From a virus, in the IMG/VR virus record IMGVR_UViG_3300046789_000012: 47,532 nucleotides of DNA; one strand, 5' to 3'. The translations under genes were made by a program, and so were the position numbers. Below the pieces are notes generated by a model that worked only from the letters and a program-made list of their open reading frames with translations, had not been told where the DNA came from and did no database searches. Below are positions 21,126 to 29,395 of the stretch, in pieces. The number at the start of each line of letters is the position of its first letter. Within the stretch, counting starts at the first letter, position 1.

Positions 21126-22380
21126 CTGGGCATCCACCGGCAGCAAAATCACGCCTAGCGCAGGCAAAGTCGCCGCAGGATGGACAGTCAACGAACGGCC
21201 GCCGGCCGAATGGATCAACTATCTCGACAACAACCGCGATGCCTGGCTGACGTTCCTAAACGACTGCACGCGAGGGCAGCCGATCGTCGACCTGCTGCTC
21301 AACTTCGCGAACACGGACATGTTCGCGCCGCTGATCGACGTCACGAACGCGCCGCCGGCGAGCGGCTATCGTCTCGTGCAACGCGTAGTGGTGACAGGCT
21401 CGCAGCACGTGAATGTGTATGCAGGCAACACTGCGCGACGCTTCGTGTTCAGCTACAACGCCACGTGGGGCGGCTCGAGCTGGATCTGCGAGAATGCCTC
21501 GCAGCCTGCGGTCGCCTTCGCGCTGCTCGGCGACGGATCGCAGAACACATTCGAGCTGCTTTGGCATGCCGCCACCGGCGCCACGTGGCCTGACTCGGCT
21601 TGGGGGCGCGGCAACGCGCTCGTTAACAGCTTCAGCGCTGTCGCAGGATCGTTCACCAACCTCACGGTTACGCAAGATCTCACGGTGCAGCGAGACATCT
21701 TGCTCACGCGCGACCTCACCGTCGGTAGGGGCGTCACCGTGACAGAGGACGTTCATTGCAAGAACGTAGTTGTTACCGCAGCGATCACGGCGCCTGACGT
21801 GACAGTCACAGGCGACCTCACCACGGGGCCCGTACACGTCAACTCGGCGCACTTGTACCTCGACACAGACGTCGACATCGTGCACTCACCGCCTGCTGCC
21901 GCGCAGCCGTATCGCTGGGTGTGCCAAGACCTCGGCAACCCTGCGCGCTGGCCGAGCGCAGGCTCGGTCACATACGACGGCAACTATGGATCGTGGCACA
22001 CGACGCCGGCAGGCGGCGCAGTACAGCTCGAGTTCCCGCTGCATATCCACCGTGGCACGTTGCGGATCACGGCCTATGCCGTCTGGCAGTGCGCCGTGCT
22101 TGGAGCCGTGAATAAGCTGCGGCTGTACCGATGGCCTCGCGAGTTTATCCTCGGCGGCACGCTGCTCGCGCTGCCCTCGGCTGCCGTGCAGATCGGAACC
22201 ACGCTCACCCAAGCAATCGCCACTCCGAGCGGCTGCGTGTGCGACTCGGCGACGTTTGACTACGACTTCGACCCGACGCTCGAGCGATACGCGTTCGTCG
22301 TCGAACTGCTCGACGGGACCGCTAACTATCTCTACTCCGTGCGCCTCGGCTTCGCCGACCCTGGGCCTCGCAATGGCTGA
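21097..22380 (+). CDS. Fibre/spike-like structural protein lying between terS and terL
   Basis: 427 aa. The N-terminus NWASTGSKITPSAGKVAAGWTVNERPPAEWINYLDNN resembles conserved tail-fibre N-termini (recalled). Repetitive DLTVQRD / DLTVGRG / DVTVTGD stretch. Confidence 0.55.
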   Translation: MARPPTPPTNWASTGSKITPSAGKVAAGWTVNERPPAEWINYLDNNRDAWLTFLNDCTRGQPIVDLLLNFANTDMFAPLIDVTNAPPASGYRLVQRVVVTGSQHVNVYAGNTARRFVFSYNATWGGSSWICENASQPAVAFALLGDGSQNTFELLWHAATGATWPDSAWGRGNALVNSFSAVAGSFTNLTVTQDLTVQRDILLTRDLTVGRGVTVTEDVHCKNVVVTAAITAPDVTVTGDLTTGPVHVNSAHLYLDTDVDIVHSPPAAAQPYRWVCQDLGNPARWPSAGSVTYDGNYGSWHTTPAGGAVQLEFPLHIHRGTLRITAYAVWQCAVLGAVNKLRLYRWPREFILGGTLLALPSAAVQIGTTLTQAIATPSGCVCDSATFDYDFDPTLERYAFVVELLDGTANYLYSVRLGFADPGPRNG

Positions 22381-22585
22381 CGGCGAGCAGACAAACGAAC
22401 AGCGTTTCGCTCGCTGCCGAGAGATCATCGCGCGGCAGCGCGCGAACCTCGTCGAGCGGGACGGCTGCACGGCCGCAGATACGCGCTGGGCCGAGCTGAC
22501 GACAGAGTTTGCCGCGCTGCAACTTGAGTTTGATCGACTGTTAGGTGCCACTCGCGAAGAACAAGCTTCACGCCCTGATCGCTGA
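22373..22585 (+). CDS. Hypothetical helical protein (70 aa)
   Basis: ATG 22373 overlaps the fibre-like gene stop by 8 nt (22373..22380). Overlaps the terL start by 41 nt. Confidence 0.45.
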   Translation: MADGEQTNEQRFARCREIIARQRANLVERDGCTAADTRWAELTTEFAALQLEFDRLLGATREEQASRPDR

Positions 22586-24011
22586 GAAAGCGCGCAGGGC
22601 CTCTCGGCTCGAGCGACGACCTGCCACGCTGCACGCGTACATTCGCGACGCCTGGCAGTACGTCGTGCCAAACGCGCCATTCGTCGACAACTGGCATGTG
22701 GGAGCGCTCGCCGAGCATCTCGAGGCGCAGTCACGCGGGCAGCTCGCGCGCCTCGTGATCAACGTGCCGCCGGGATCGTCCAAGTCGACGACCGTATGCG
22801 TGATGTGGCCGACCTGGGAATGGTCCTGGAAACCGGGCACGCAATGGCAATTTGGCGCTTACGCCGAGACGCTCGCTGTACGTGACTCGCTGCGCTGCCG
22901 CAGCTTGTTCGAGGGCGAATGGTACCGCGATCTATTCGGCGACGTCTGGCAGCCGCAGCGCGGCCGATGGCTGGCAAATTGGCTGCAGAACGACAAAGGA
23001 GGAATCAGGCAGGCGATCAGCGTCGGCGGCTCGCCGACAGGGTTTCACGCGCACAGACAAATTGTGGACGATCCAATCAAGCCGCTCGAGGCGCACTCGC
23101 CGACCGCGCTCGAGCGCTGCGATCGATGGTGGTTCGAAACGATGGCCTCTCGCGTGCTGCCCGGTAACAACACGCGCACGATCATAATGCAGCGCCTCGT
23201 CGACCGCGACCTCGCTGCGAAAGCTGCCGAGCAGGGCTACGCCGTGCTTTCGATGCCGATGCGTTACTACAGCGCGGCCGCTCGACCTGCGACGCCGCTC
23301 GGCTGGGTAGACCCGCGCACGCAAGAGGGCGAGTTGCTGTGTGAGGCGCGCTGGAACGATGCCGAAGTCGACCGGCGCAAGGCCGAATTTGGGCCCGACG
23401 GCTGGGCCGCGCAGGACCAACAAGACCCGGTCCCAGCAGGCGGCGCGATCTACCGCGAAGAGTGGATGCATCAGTATTACAAGGTGCCGCCGCGCCTCGA
23501 GGGCGCACTCGTCGTCATCACGTTTGACTGCGCCTTCAAGTCGCACGAGACAGCGAGTTATGTCGCCGGGCAGGTCTGGGCCTACAAGCCGCCCAACTTC
23601 TATTTGCTCGCTGAGGTGCGCGAACACCTTGATTTCATCGGCACGATCGCGGCCGTGAAGTCGCTTCATGCTCAGTTTCCCGAGGCGAACGCGATCCTCG
23701 TCGAGGACAAAGCGAACGGGCCCGCAGTGATCGAGGTACTCAAGCACGAGATCCCCGGCATCATTCCGATACTGCCCGACGGCAGCAAGATCGCTCGAGC
23801 GTACGCAACGCAACCGGTGTTTGCAGGCGGTAACGTCTGGCTACCTGACCCCTCGCTCGCGCCCTGGATTCTCGATTGGGTTATCGAACACAAGCGATTC
23901 CCTCGGGGCGTCGCAAACGACCGCGTAGACGCGCAGACGCAGGCGATCCGCTGGTGCTTGGCAGGCGGCCTGTCTGAGTACATGCAAGGCCTCGACGCCC
24001 TCGACCTCTAG
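22545..24011 (+). CDS. terL: Terminase large subunit
   Basis: 488 aa; GTG start right after an in-frame TAG. Walker A VINVPPGSSKST and nuclease-domain motif ILVEDKANGPAVIE. Confidence 0.9.
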   Translation: MPLAKNKLHALIAEKARRASRLERRPATLHAYIRDAWQYVVPNAPFVDNWHVGALAEHLEAQSRGQLARLVINVPPGSSKSTTVCVMWPTWEWSWKPGTQWQFGAYAETLAVRDSLRCRSLFEGEWYRDLFGDVWQPQRGRWLANWLQNDKGGIRQAISVGGSPTGFHAHRQIVDDPIKPLEAHSPTALERCDRWWFETMASRVLPGNNTRTIIMQRLVDRDLAAKAAEQGYAVLSMPMRYYSAAARPATPLGWVDPRTQEGELLCEARWNDAEVDRRKAEFGPDGWAAQDQQDPVPAGGAIYREEWMHQYYKVPPRLEGALVVITFDCAFKSHETASYVAGQVWAYKPPNFYLLAEVREHLDFIGTIAAVKSLHAQFPEANAILVEDKANGPAVIEVLKHEIPGIIPILPDGSKIARAYATQPVFAGGNVWLPDPSLAPWILDWVIEHKRFPRGVANDRVDAQTQAIRWCLAGGLSEYMQGLDALDL

Positions 24012-24031
24012 CCACTGGACAGGCGCCCGGC

Positions 24032-24268
24032 GTGACTATATGTGCGCGAATGGCCAAAGAGCACAAAGAGCAGATCGCGCAATTCTTCGAGTTTGCGCAC
24101 CTGCCCGCCGAGCTCGCCGAGGTGAGCCGTCCATTCGGCGAGCTCGCGCAGCAAATCATCGCGACGTTGCCTCGCAACGCCGAGCGCACTGTCGCGCTGC
24201 GCAAGCTGCTCGAGGCAAAGGACGCAGCCGTACGCGCCAAGCTCTCGCGCGACCTGCAGGAGCTCTAG
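24032..24268 (+). CDS. Small all-helical protein between terL and portal (possible nucleotide-sponge-like family)
   Basis: 78 aa (72 aa from ATG 24050); FFEFAHLPAELAEV ... LPRNAERTVALRKLLEAKDAAVRA. Confidence 0.6.
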   Translation: MTICARMAKEHKEQIAQFFEFAHLPAELAEVSRPFGELAQQIIATLPRNAERTVALRKLLEAKDAAVRAKLSRDLQEL

Positions 24269-24271
24269 CCC

Positions 24272-25732
24272 ATGGCCATCGAGCTACGCCTCGACAGTTG
24301 GGAGAACGCGCTAACCGGCCTCGGAACGCTCCGCGACAAGCTGCGCGCGCACGTTCCGCGCATGTCGTCGCAGCTGCCCGACAGCGCGCTCGAGGCGCTG
24401 CACACCGACGACGACATCTGCGCGAGGATAATCGAGCAGCTGCCCGGCGACGCCCTGCGCGCTGGTTTCTCGATTGCACTGCCGGCAGACTCCATCGCCG
24501 ACGCCTCGAGCACGGGAAAGAAGATCGACAAAGCACTCGCCACGCTCGGCGCCGAGTCGGCGCTGCGCGAGGCCTGGGTTTGGGGGCGTCTCTATGGTTT
24601 CGGCGCTGTCTTGCTCGGCGTCGACGACGGCCTGCCGCTCGACCAGCCGCTCGACATCGACCTCGTGCGCTCGCTCTCACACCTGACCGTGCTTAGACGC
24701 CCGCAGCTGCAGCAAGAGTCGTATTACGACGACATCTCACAGCCGAACTACGGCAAAGTCGAGACGTACCGCATCACGACCGCGGTACTGCCGCGAGGCT
24801 CGCAGAACCGGCAGGCGTACAAGGACAAGGCGACGCGCGACTTCGTCGTGCACGAGTCGCGCCTGCTTGCGTTTCGAGGCGCGCCTACGTCGCGATGGGG
24901 CGTGCAATCGGCGAGCGAATGGGACGACTCGATACTGCAGCGCGTCTATCAAGCCGTGCAGGCCTCGTCGTCGTCGTGGATGAGCGCCGCTCACCTCATG
25001 ACTGACGCGAGTCAGGGCGTACTGAAGATCACGAACCTAATGCAGCTGCTGACGGCGTCCGGCGAGGAAAAGCTGCGGCAGCGGATCAGGCTGATGGACC
25101 TAGGCCGCAGCGTCTGCCGCTCGCTGCTGATCGACGAGCGAGAAACGTTCGAGCGCACGCCGACGCCGTTCGCCGGCGTGCCCGAGCTGCTCGATCGCTT
25201 CATGATGCGTGTAGCGTCGGCGGCCGAAACGCCCGTGACGATCTTGTTTGGGAGGTCGCCGGCAGGCATGAACGCGACCGGCGATGCCGACATTCGCGCC
25301 TGGTACGACAAAGTCGGGACCGAGCGCGCTAAGCGCCTCACGCCGCAGATCGACAAGCTGGTGCGCGTGCTCACTGCGACGGACAAGGGCCCAACGAAAG
25401 GCGCTGTGATCGACGAGCTCGAGGTCGTCTATCCGCCGCTGTGGCAGCCGACATCGAAAGAACGCGCCGAGACACTCAAGATCACGGCAGACGCCCTCGC
25501 GACGCTCAAGAACGCGGGCATCATCCTGCCGGAAGAGGGCGCACTAAAGCTCGCGCACTGCGGCGAGTTTGACGAGCTCGACGTCGAGGCGCGCGAGGTC
25601 GCGCTGCGGCACGAGCTCGAGCGCCTCGCCGATCCCGAGCCTGAACCCGAGCCGAATCCGCCGGCGCTGCCGCCGCCGACGCCGCCGCCTGGCGCGCCGC
25701 CTGCACCGCCGCCGCCTAGATACGACGCATGA
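24272..25732 (+). CDS. Portal protein (DUF1073-like)
   Basis: 486 aa. The N-terminus LDSWENALTGLGTLRDK is typical of this portal family (recalled). Position after terL. Pro-rich C-terminal tail. Confidence 0.85.
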   Translation: MAIELRLDSWENALTGLGTLRDKLRAHVPRMSSQLPDSALEALHTDDDICARIIEQLPGDALRAGFSIALPADSIADASSTGKKIDKALATLGAESALREAWVWGRLYGFGAVLLGVDDGLPLDQPLDIDLVRSLSHLTVLRRPQLQQESYYDDISQPNYGKVETYRITTAVLPRGSQNRQAYKDKATRDFVVHESRLLAFRGAPTSRWGVQSASEWDDSILQRVYQAVQASSSSWMSAAHLMTDASQGVLKITNLMQLLTASGEEKLRQRIRLMDLGRSVCRSLLIDERETFERTPTPFAGVPELLDRFMMRVASAAETPVTILFGRSPAGMNATGDADIRAWYDKVGTERAKRLTPQIDKLVRVLTATDKGPTKGAVIDELEVVYPPLWQPTSKERAETLKITADALATLKNAGIILPEEGALKLAHCGEFDELDVEAREVALRHELERLADPEPEPEPNPPALPPPTPPPGAPPAPPPPRYDA

Positions 25733-28374
25733 CGCAGGCCGCCCTCGCCGCTCGCAGGCGCTTCGTGCGCGCCGCCGAAACGCGGCGAGCGCGCGTCGAC
25801 AGGCTCGACGCCGTGATCGCGCCCGTCGCGCTGCGGCCTGCCGAGTTTCCGCGCCTGCCGCTCGTCGGCTACCTCGCGACGCTGCTCGGCGTCGGTAAGC
25901 GCGTGCGTGAGACGATCGAGCACCACGTGCTACCCGAGCTGCCCGGCCTGGTCGCCGCTCGAGCGGCTGCGCCTCGGCGCGATGCCGCTTCGACGCCCGC
26001 ATCGGCGCGAGTCGCGGTCGTAGGTGGCCCTCGAGCAGGCAAGACGACGCTCGCCCTCGGCATCGCATGGAAGCTCGGCGGCCTGACCGTGCGGCACGCT
26101 GACGACCTGATCGGTCTCGGCTGGTCGGACGCAAGCGCGCTGCTCGCGCAGGAGATGCTAGCGAGTCATGGCGGCATCTTCGAGGGCGTCGCTGTCGTGC
26201 GGGGCCTGCGCAAGGCGCTCGCGATCAGCGCTCGAGCGCCTGTCGACGCGCTTGTGATCTTGCCCGACGCGCACGAGCCCCTCACGCCCGAGCAGCGCGC
26301 CATGTGGTCGGCGCAGGGCACGATCCTCGCTGGCATCCTGCCCGAGCTCGAGCGTCGCGGCGTGCGCATCGTGACGCCGCTCGCAGCAAACGCCCTCGAC
26401 TACGTGCACGCGAACGTGCAACCCGCAGCAGTACAGCGCAGCGACGCCGCCGACTCGACGCTCGCAGATGCATTCGCACGCGCTCGAGCGGCGCTGACCT
26501 ACGACATTCGCGCCGACATCGTGCGCGCAGGCCTGCGGACACTCGACTACGGCCGCGCCGAGCTCGAGCGGCAGATCGCCGCCGCGTTCCGCGTGCCGAC
26601 CTACACGCTGCAACCCGAGCAGCTGCAGCGCCGAGACGCCGCCTACGACCCGATCGCGACGATCAACCCGTTCGACCTCGGCGCAGGCGTCGGCGAGCAC
26701 CTCGACAAGTTCGTGCGCGCGCAGACCAAGCGCGTACGCGACATGACAGACGCGACCTACAGCGCCGCGCAGGCCTCTGTGCGGCACGGCCTCGAGCAAG
26801 GCCTGCGACCTGACGCCCTCGCTGCGCAGCTGATGCAGACCGTCGACGGCATCACGCAGACGCAAGCTGTCGTCATCGCGAACGACGCCGTCGGCAAGTT
26901 TCACGCGGAGACGACCAAGGTCCGTCAAGAGGCCCTCGGCATCGAGGAATACGACTGGCACACCGCCGGCGACGTAAAGGTCAGGCCTGGGCACCGCGCC
27001 CTCGAGGGCACGCGGCAGCGCTGGGATAAACCGCCTGTCGTCAATCCCAAGACAGGCAAGCGCGCGCATCCTGGTTTCGACACGCACTACTACGCCTGCC
27101 GCTGCGTCGCGCTGCCGGTCATCGATCCGGCAACGATCAGGATGCCGCCGGAGAGTCCAGACGCGCGACCGACGCGACCTCGGCGACCGCAGCAGGCTAC
27201 CCTGCCCGGCCTGCCGCCGAGGCCGCAGCCGCCGCCGATCCGCACCTCGCTACCGCCTGCGCCCGGTTCGCCGCCGGCTGCGCCGCCGAGCTCGCCGCGC
27301 TCGAGGGCGGCCGAGGCCGTCGGACTGCCCGCACCTCGCGCGCAGCCGCAGCCTGCGCCCGCACCTGCGCCGCAGCCGACCTCGGGACGCCCGTTGTCGC
27401 CGCCCTCGCCATCGCCCTACACGATCACAACGGCGACGCAGCCGCCTACCTCGGGCCCGATCGTCGAGCTCACCGTGCGCATTCCGCGGCCGCCGCCTGA
27501 CGTGCCGAGCTCGAGGCCTGCGCGCATCCCAGACCGACAGCGCATCGCCGACGACCTCACGCGCGCCGCAGAGGACATCGGCCTAGCCACCGCCAAGGGC
27601 CCGATCGAGGGCGGCCTACTGCGCAACCCCGTGCAGGGCATGCTCGACGACCTCGGCTATCAGCGCGTAGGACGCGCAGCGACGGCGACCTCGAACGCGA
27701 TCCGCACCTTCGAGCCGACCGCCGCCGACGCTGCGAGCGGCATCGTCGCGACTCGCAACGAGCACACAGGCACGCTGCGCCTCGCCGTCGACACGGCCGT
27801 CGAGCTCACGCACGCAGCCGAGGCGCTCTCACTGCGGCACGCGCCGACCGACGACGAGCTGCGAGCGCTACACACGCTCGTGCACGAAGAGTCGCACGCG
27901 TTCGGTCCTGCGCTCGAGTTTCGCGGCACCTCGAGCACGCGCTTTCTGCTGAACGAACTAACAACCGAGATTGCCGCGCGCGACGTAACAGCCGAGCTCG
28001 CAGGCTTGCCGACGCACCTGCGCGATCGGCATCCGCTCGCGATGCCAGCTTTCCGCGGCAAGCCTGGCGACCTGCGCGGCAGCTTCTCAGTCGTGCGCTC
28101 GAGGCCGTTTGACAGCACGATCGCCGCGACACAACATGCCCTGCGTGACGTCACACAGTGGAGCCCTGGACAGGTTACCGACGCCCTCGTCGAGGCATCG
28201 CATGCGTGGAAACGCACCGCCATCACGTTCACGGACGAGCAGCAGGCGCGCACCTACTTCGCGAGCCTCGTGCCCGACCTCGACGAGGCGCAGCGCGCAG
28301 CGTTCGCCGACCTGCTCGCCGACCGCGACCTGCTGCTCGAGCGGCATCACTACGACCTATTCGCCAAGCGCTAG
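25729..28374 (+). CDS. Multi-domain minor head protein: P-loop NTPase-like + MuF/SPP1 gp7 domain + Pro-rich linker + HExxH domain
   Basis: 881 aa; ATGA overlap with portal. GGPRAGKTT (26023..26049); DWHTAGDVKVRPGHRALEG ... YYACRCVALP (about 26953..27120); proline-rich 27130..27560; LVHEESHAF (HExxH at 27883..27897). Confidence 0.85.
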   Translation: MTQAALAARRRFVRAAETRRARVDRLDAVIAPVALRPAEFPRLPLVGYLATLLGVGKRVRETIEHHVLPELPGLVAARAAAPRRDAASTPASARVAVVGGPRAGKTTLALGIAWKLGGLTVRHADDLIGLGWSDASALLAQEMLASHGGIFEGVAVVRGLRKALAISARAPVDALVILPDAHEPLTPEQRAMWSAQGTILAGILPELERRGVRIVTPLAANALDYVHANVQPAAVQRSDAADSTLADAFARARAALTYDIRADIVRAGLRTLDYGRAELERQIAAAFRVPTYTLQPEQLQRRDAAYDPIATINPFDLGAGVGEHLDKFVRAQTKRVRDMTDATYSAAQASVRHGLEQGLRPDALAAQLMQTVDGITQTQAVVIANDAVGKFHAETTKVRQEALGIEEYDWHTAGDVKVRPGHRALEGTRQRWDKPPVVNPKTGKRAHPGFDTHYYACRCVALPVIDPATIRMPPESPDARPTRPRRPQQATLPGLPPRPQPPPIRTSLPPAPGSPPAAPPSSPRSRAAEAVGLPAPRAQPQPAPAPAPQPTSGRPLSPPSPSPYTITTATQPPTSGPIVELTVRIPRPPPDVPSSRPARIPDRQRIADDLTRAAEDIGLATAKGPIEGGLLRNPVQGMLDDLGYQRVGRAATATSNAIRTFEPTAADAASGIVATRNEHTGTLRLAVDTAVELTHAAEALSLRHAPTDDELRALHTLVHEESHAFGPALEFRGTSSTRFLLNELTTEIAARDVTAELAGLPTHLRDRHPLAMPAFRGKPGDLRGSFSVVRSRPFDSTIAATQHALRDVTQWSPGQVTDALVEASHAWKRTAITFTDEQQARTYFASLVPDLDEAQRAAFADLLADRDLLLERHHYDLFAKR

Positions 28375-28383
28375 GGGCCTGCA

Positions 28384-28650
28384 GTGGCAGACTTGAGCAC
28401 GGCACAGCGCCTCGCCGACTCGCTCTACCCCTGGAGCTACGACGGCGCGCTGCGCGTTGTGCGCGCGTACCTCGCCGAGCCGCAGCACGGCGACGCATCG
28501 CCGGAGCTCGTCTATGAGCTTGTGACAGGCTCGACCATGACCGAAGACGAGCTGCAGCGGTTCCCTGTCGAGGTGCAGCGGCTGCGCGTCGAGCACTTCG
28601 CAGCGCTCGCGCAGCCGCTGCCGCGCTGGCAGGCCTGGCCGATCATCTAG
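28384..28650 (+). CDS. Hypothetical protein (88 aa) directly after the MuF fusion gene
   Basis: GTG start 9 nt after the MuF stop. No domain recognised. Confidence 0.5.
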   Translation: MADLSTAQRLADSLYPWSYDGALRVVRAYLAEPQHGDASPELVYELVTGSTMTEDELQRFPVEVQRLRVEHFAALAQPLPRWQAWPII

Positions 28651-29054
28651 CTTTGCTCGTCGAGCGGCGTGTATGTGACCCGCGTGTACACCTGGCCAGC
28701 GGGCCCGCGCGCGGCCGCCTGCAGCTCGCAGACGCATCGGCAGCGCCGACACACCTCGAGCCGCACGCCGCCGTCGGCGCCCTCGAATCGCCAATCGTGC
28801 GCGCCCTGCCACGGCCAACACGGCGGCGGCTGCGCCGGCAGCTCGACGAAAGCTCGACCGCTCTCGCCGCTCGACTCGCACAGCGCCGAGACCTCGAGCA
28901 GCTGCGTCGAGCGGCAGCGCCTCGCATGCGCCTCGACGTCGACGCGCGCGAGCGCCATCGCTAGCGCGAGCTCGGCTGCGTTGCCGCCGCTGCCCGCTTC
29001 GAGCTCGACGACCGTGTAAGGCTCGTCGCCTTCGCTGAGTATCCAATGCGCCAT
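28647..29054 (-). CDS. Reverse-oriented moron: Cys-rich hypothetical protein (135 aa)
   Basis: ATG 29054 is preceded by AGGAGG at 9 nt and by a TTGACG-18-TATAGC promoter. C-terminal CWPWQGAHDW ... CRRCRCVCE. Confidence 0.65.
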   Translation of the reverse strand: MAHWILSEGDEPYTVVELEAGSGGNAAELALAMALARVDVEAHARRCRSTQLLEVSALCESSGESGRAFVELPAQPPPCWPWQGAHDWRFEGADGGVRLEVCRRCRCVCELQAAARGPAGQVYTRVTYTPLDEQS

Positions 29055-29080
29055 GAGACACAACCTCCTATGCACTCGAC

Positions 29081-29110
29081 GCTATAGCGCCGAGCACAGC
29101 GTCGCGTCAA
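29081..29110 (-). promoter_or_regulatory. Sigma-70-like promoter for the moron: TTGACG (29110..29105), 18-nt spacer, TATAGC (29086..29081)
   Basis: Minus strand reads gttcgTTGACGcgacgctgtgctcggcgcTATAGCgtcgagtgcatAGGAGGttgtgtctcATG. The -10 lies inside palindrome CGCTATAGCG (29080..29089, site 4 of 4). Confidence 0.6.
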
Positions 29111-29134
29111 CGAACGTGTGCCGCTTGTAGGCGC

Positions 29135-29156
29135 TGTGGATAACCGTTGTGGATCG
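29135..29156 (-). promoter_or_regulatory. Consensus DnaA box TGTGGATAA (29135..29143) plus degenerate TGTGGATCG (29148..29156)
   Basis: The exact 9-mer and identical 13-nt context gctgtggataacc match 12614..12626. Located in the non-coding gap of the structural module. Confidence 0.55.
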
Positions 29157-29167
29157 AGCCGCTAAAC

Positions 29168-29191
29168 CCGCTCACTCGCTAGCCCTCTCGC
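29168..29191 (+). repeat. 24-nt repeat CCGCTCACTCGCTAGCCCTCTCGC, direct copy
   Basis: Matches the reverse complement of 8712..8735 at 23/24. The overlapping 21-mer CTAGCCCTCTCGCTCACTCGC (29179..29199) matches 5844..5864 at 20/21. Confidence 0.85.
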
Positions 29192-29340
29192 TCACTCGCG
29201 CACGAGCGAGCTAGACCACTGAACGCCAGCCGCCGCCCAATCGCGCCCGCGCTTGAGCCGCAGGCCGAATACCGAGGGAAACCCGGCCTGAAACGGGCCT
29301 GACTTCCGGTTTTTTGACCTCGAATGAGGCGCCAACCTTT

Positions 29341-29385
29341 AGAGCACTCGCGCCCTAGCTCGCTCGGCGGCGAGTGCTCTTGACA
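29341..29385 (+). promoter_or_regulatory. 11-bp perfect inverted repeat AGAGCACTCGC / GCGAGTGCTCT abutting a TTGACA hexamer, upstream of the head-gene operon
   Basis: Arms at 29341..29351 and 29370..29380; TTGACA at 29380..29385. The next + gene starts at 29396-29414. Confidence 0.45.
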
Positions 29386-29395
29386 GCTGTACAGC

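Noticed and set aside
27130-27560. Proline-rich segment and the ORFs antisense to it (27197..27412, 27417..27641) as separate genes
   Set aside because: The segment is in frame and continuous with the MuF ORF on both sides. The antisense ORFs are low-complexity Ala/Arg strings.
29215-29316. Possible small RNA or terminator ending at the T6 run 29310..29315
   Set aside because: I could not fold a convincing GC-rich stem immediately before the T run, and I could not find a promoter that would feed it. It is left as unexplained non-coding DNA.
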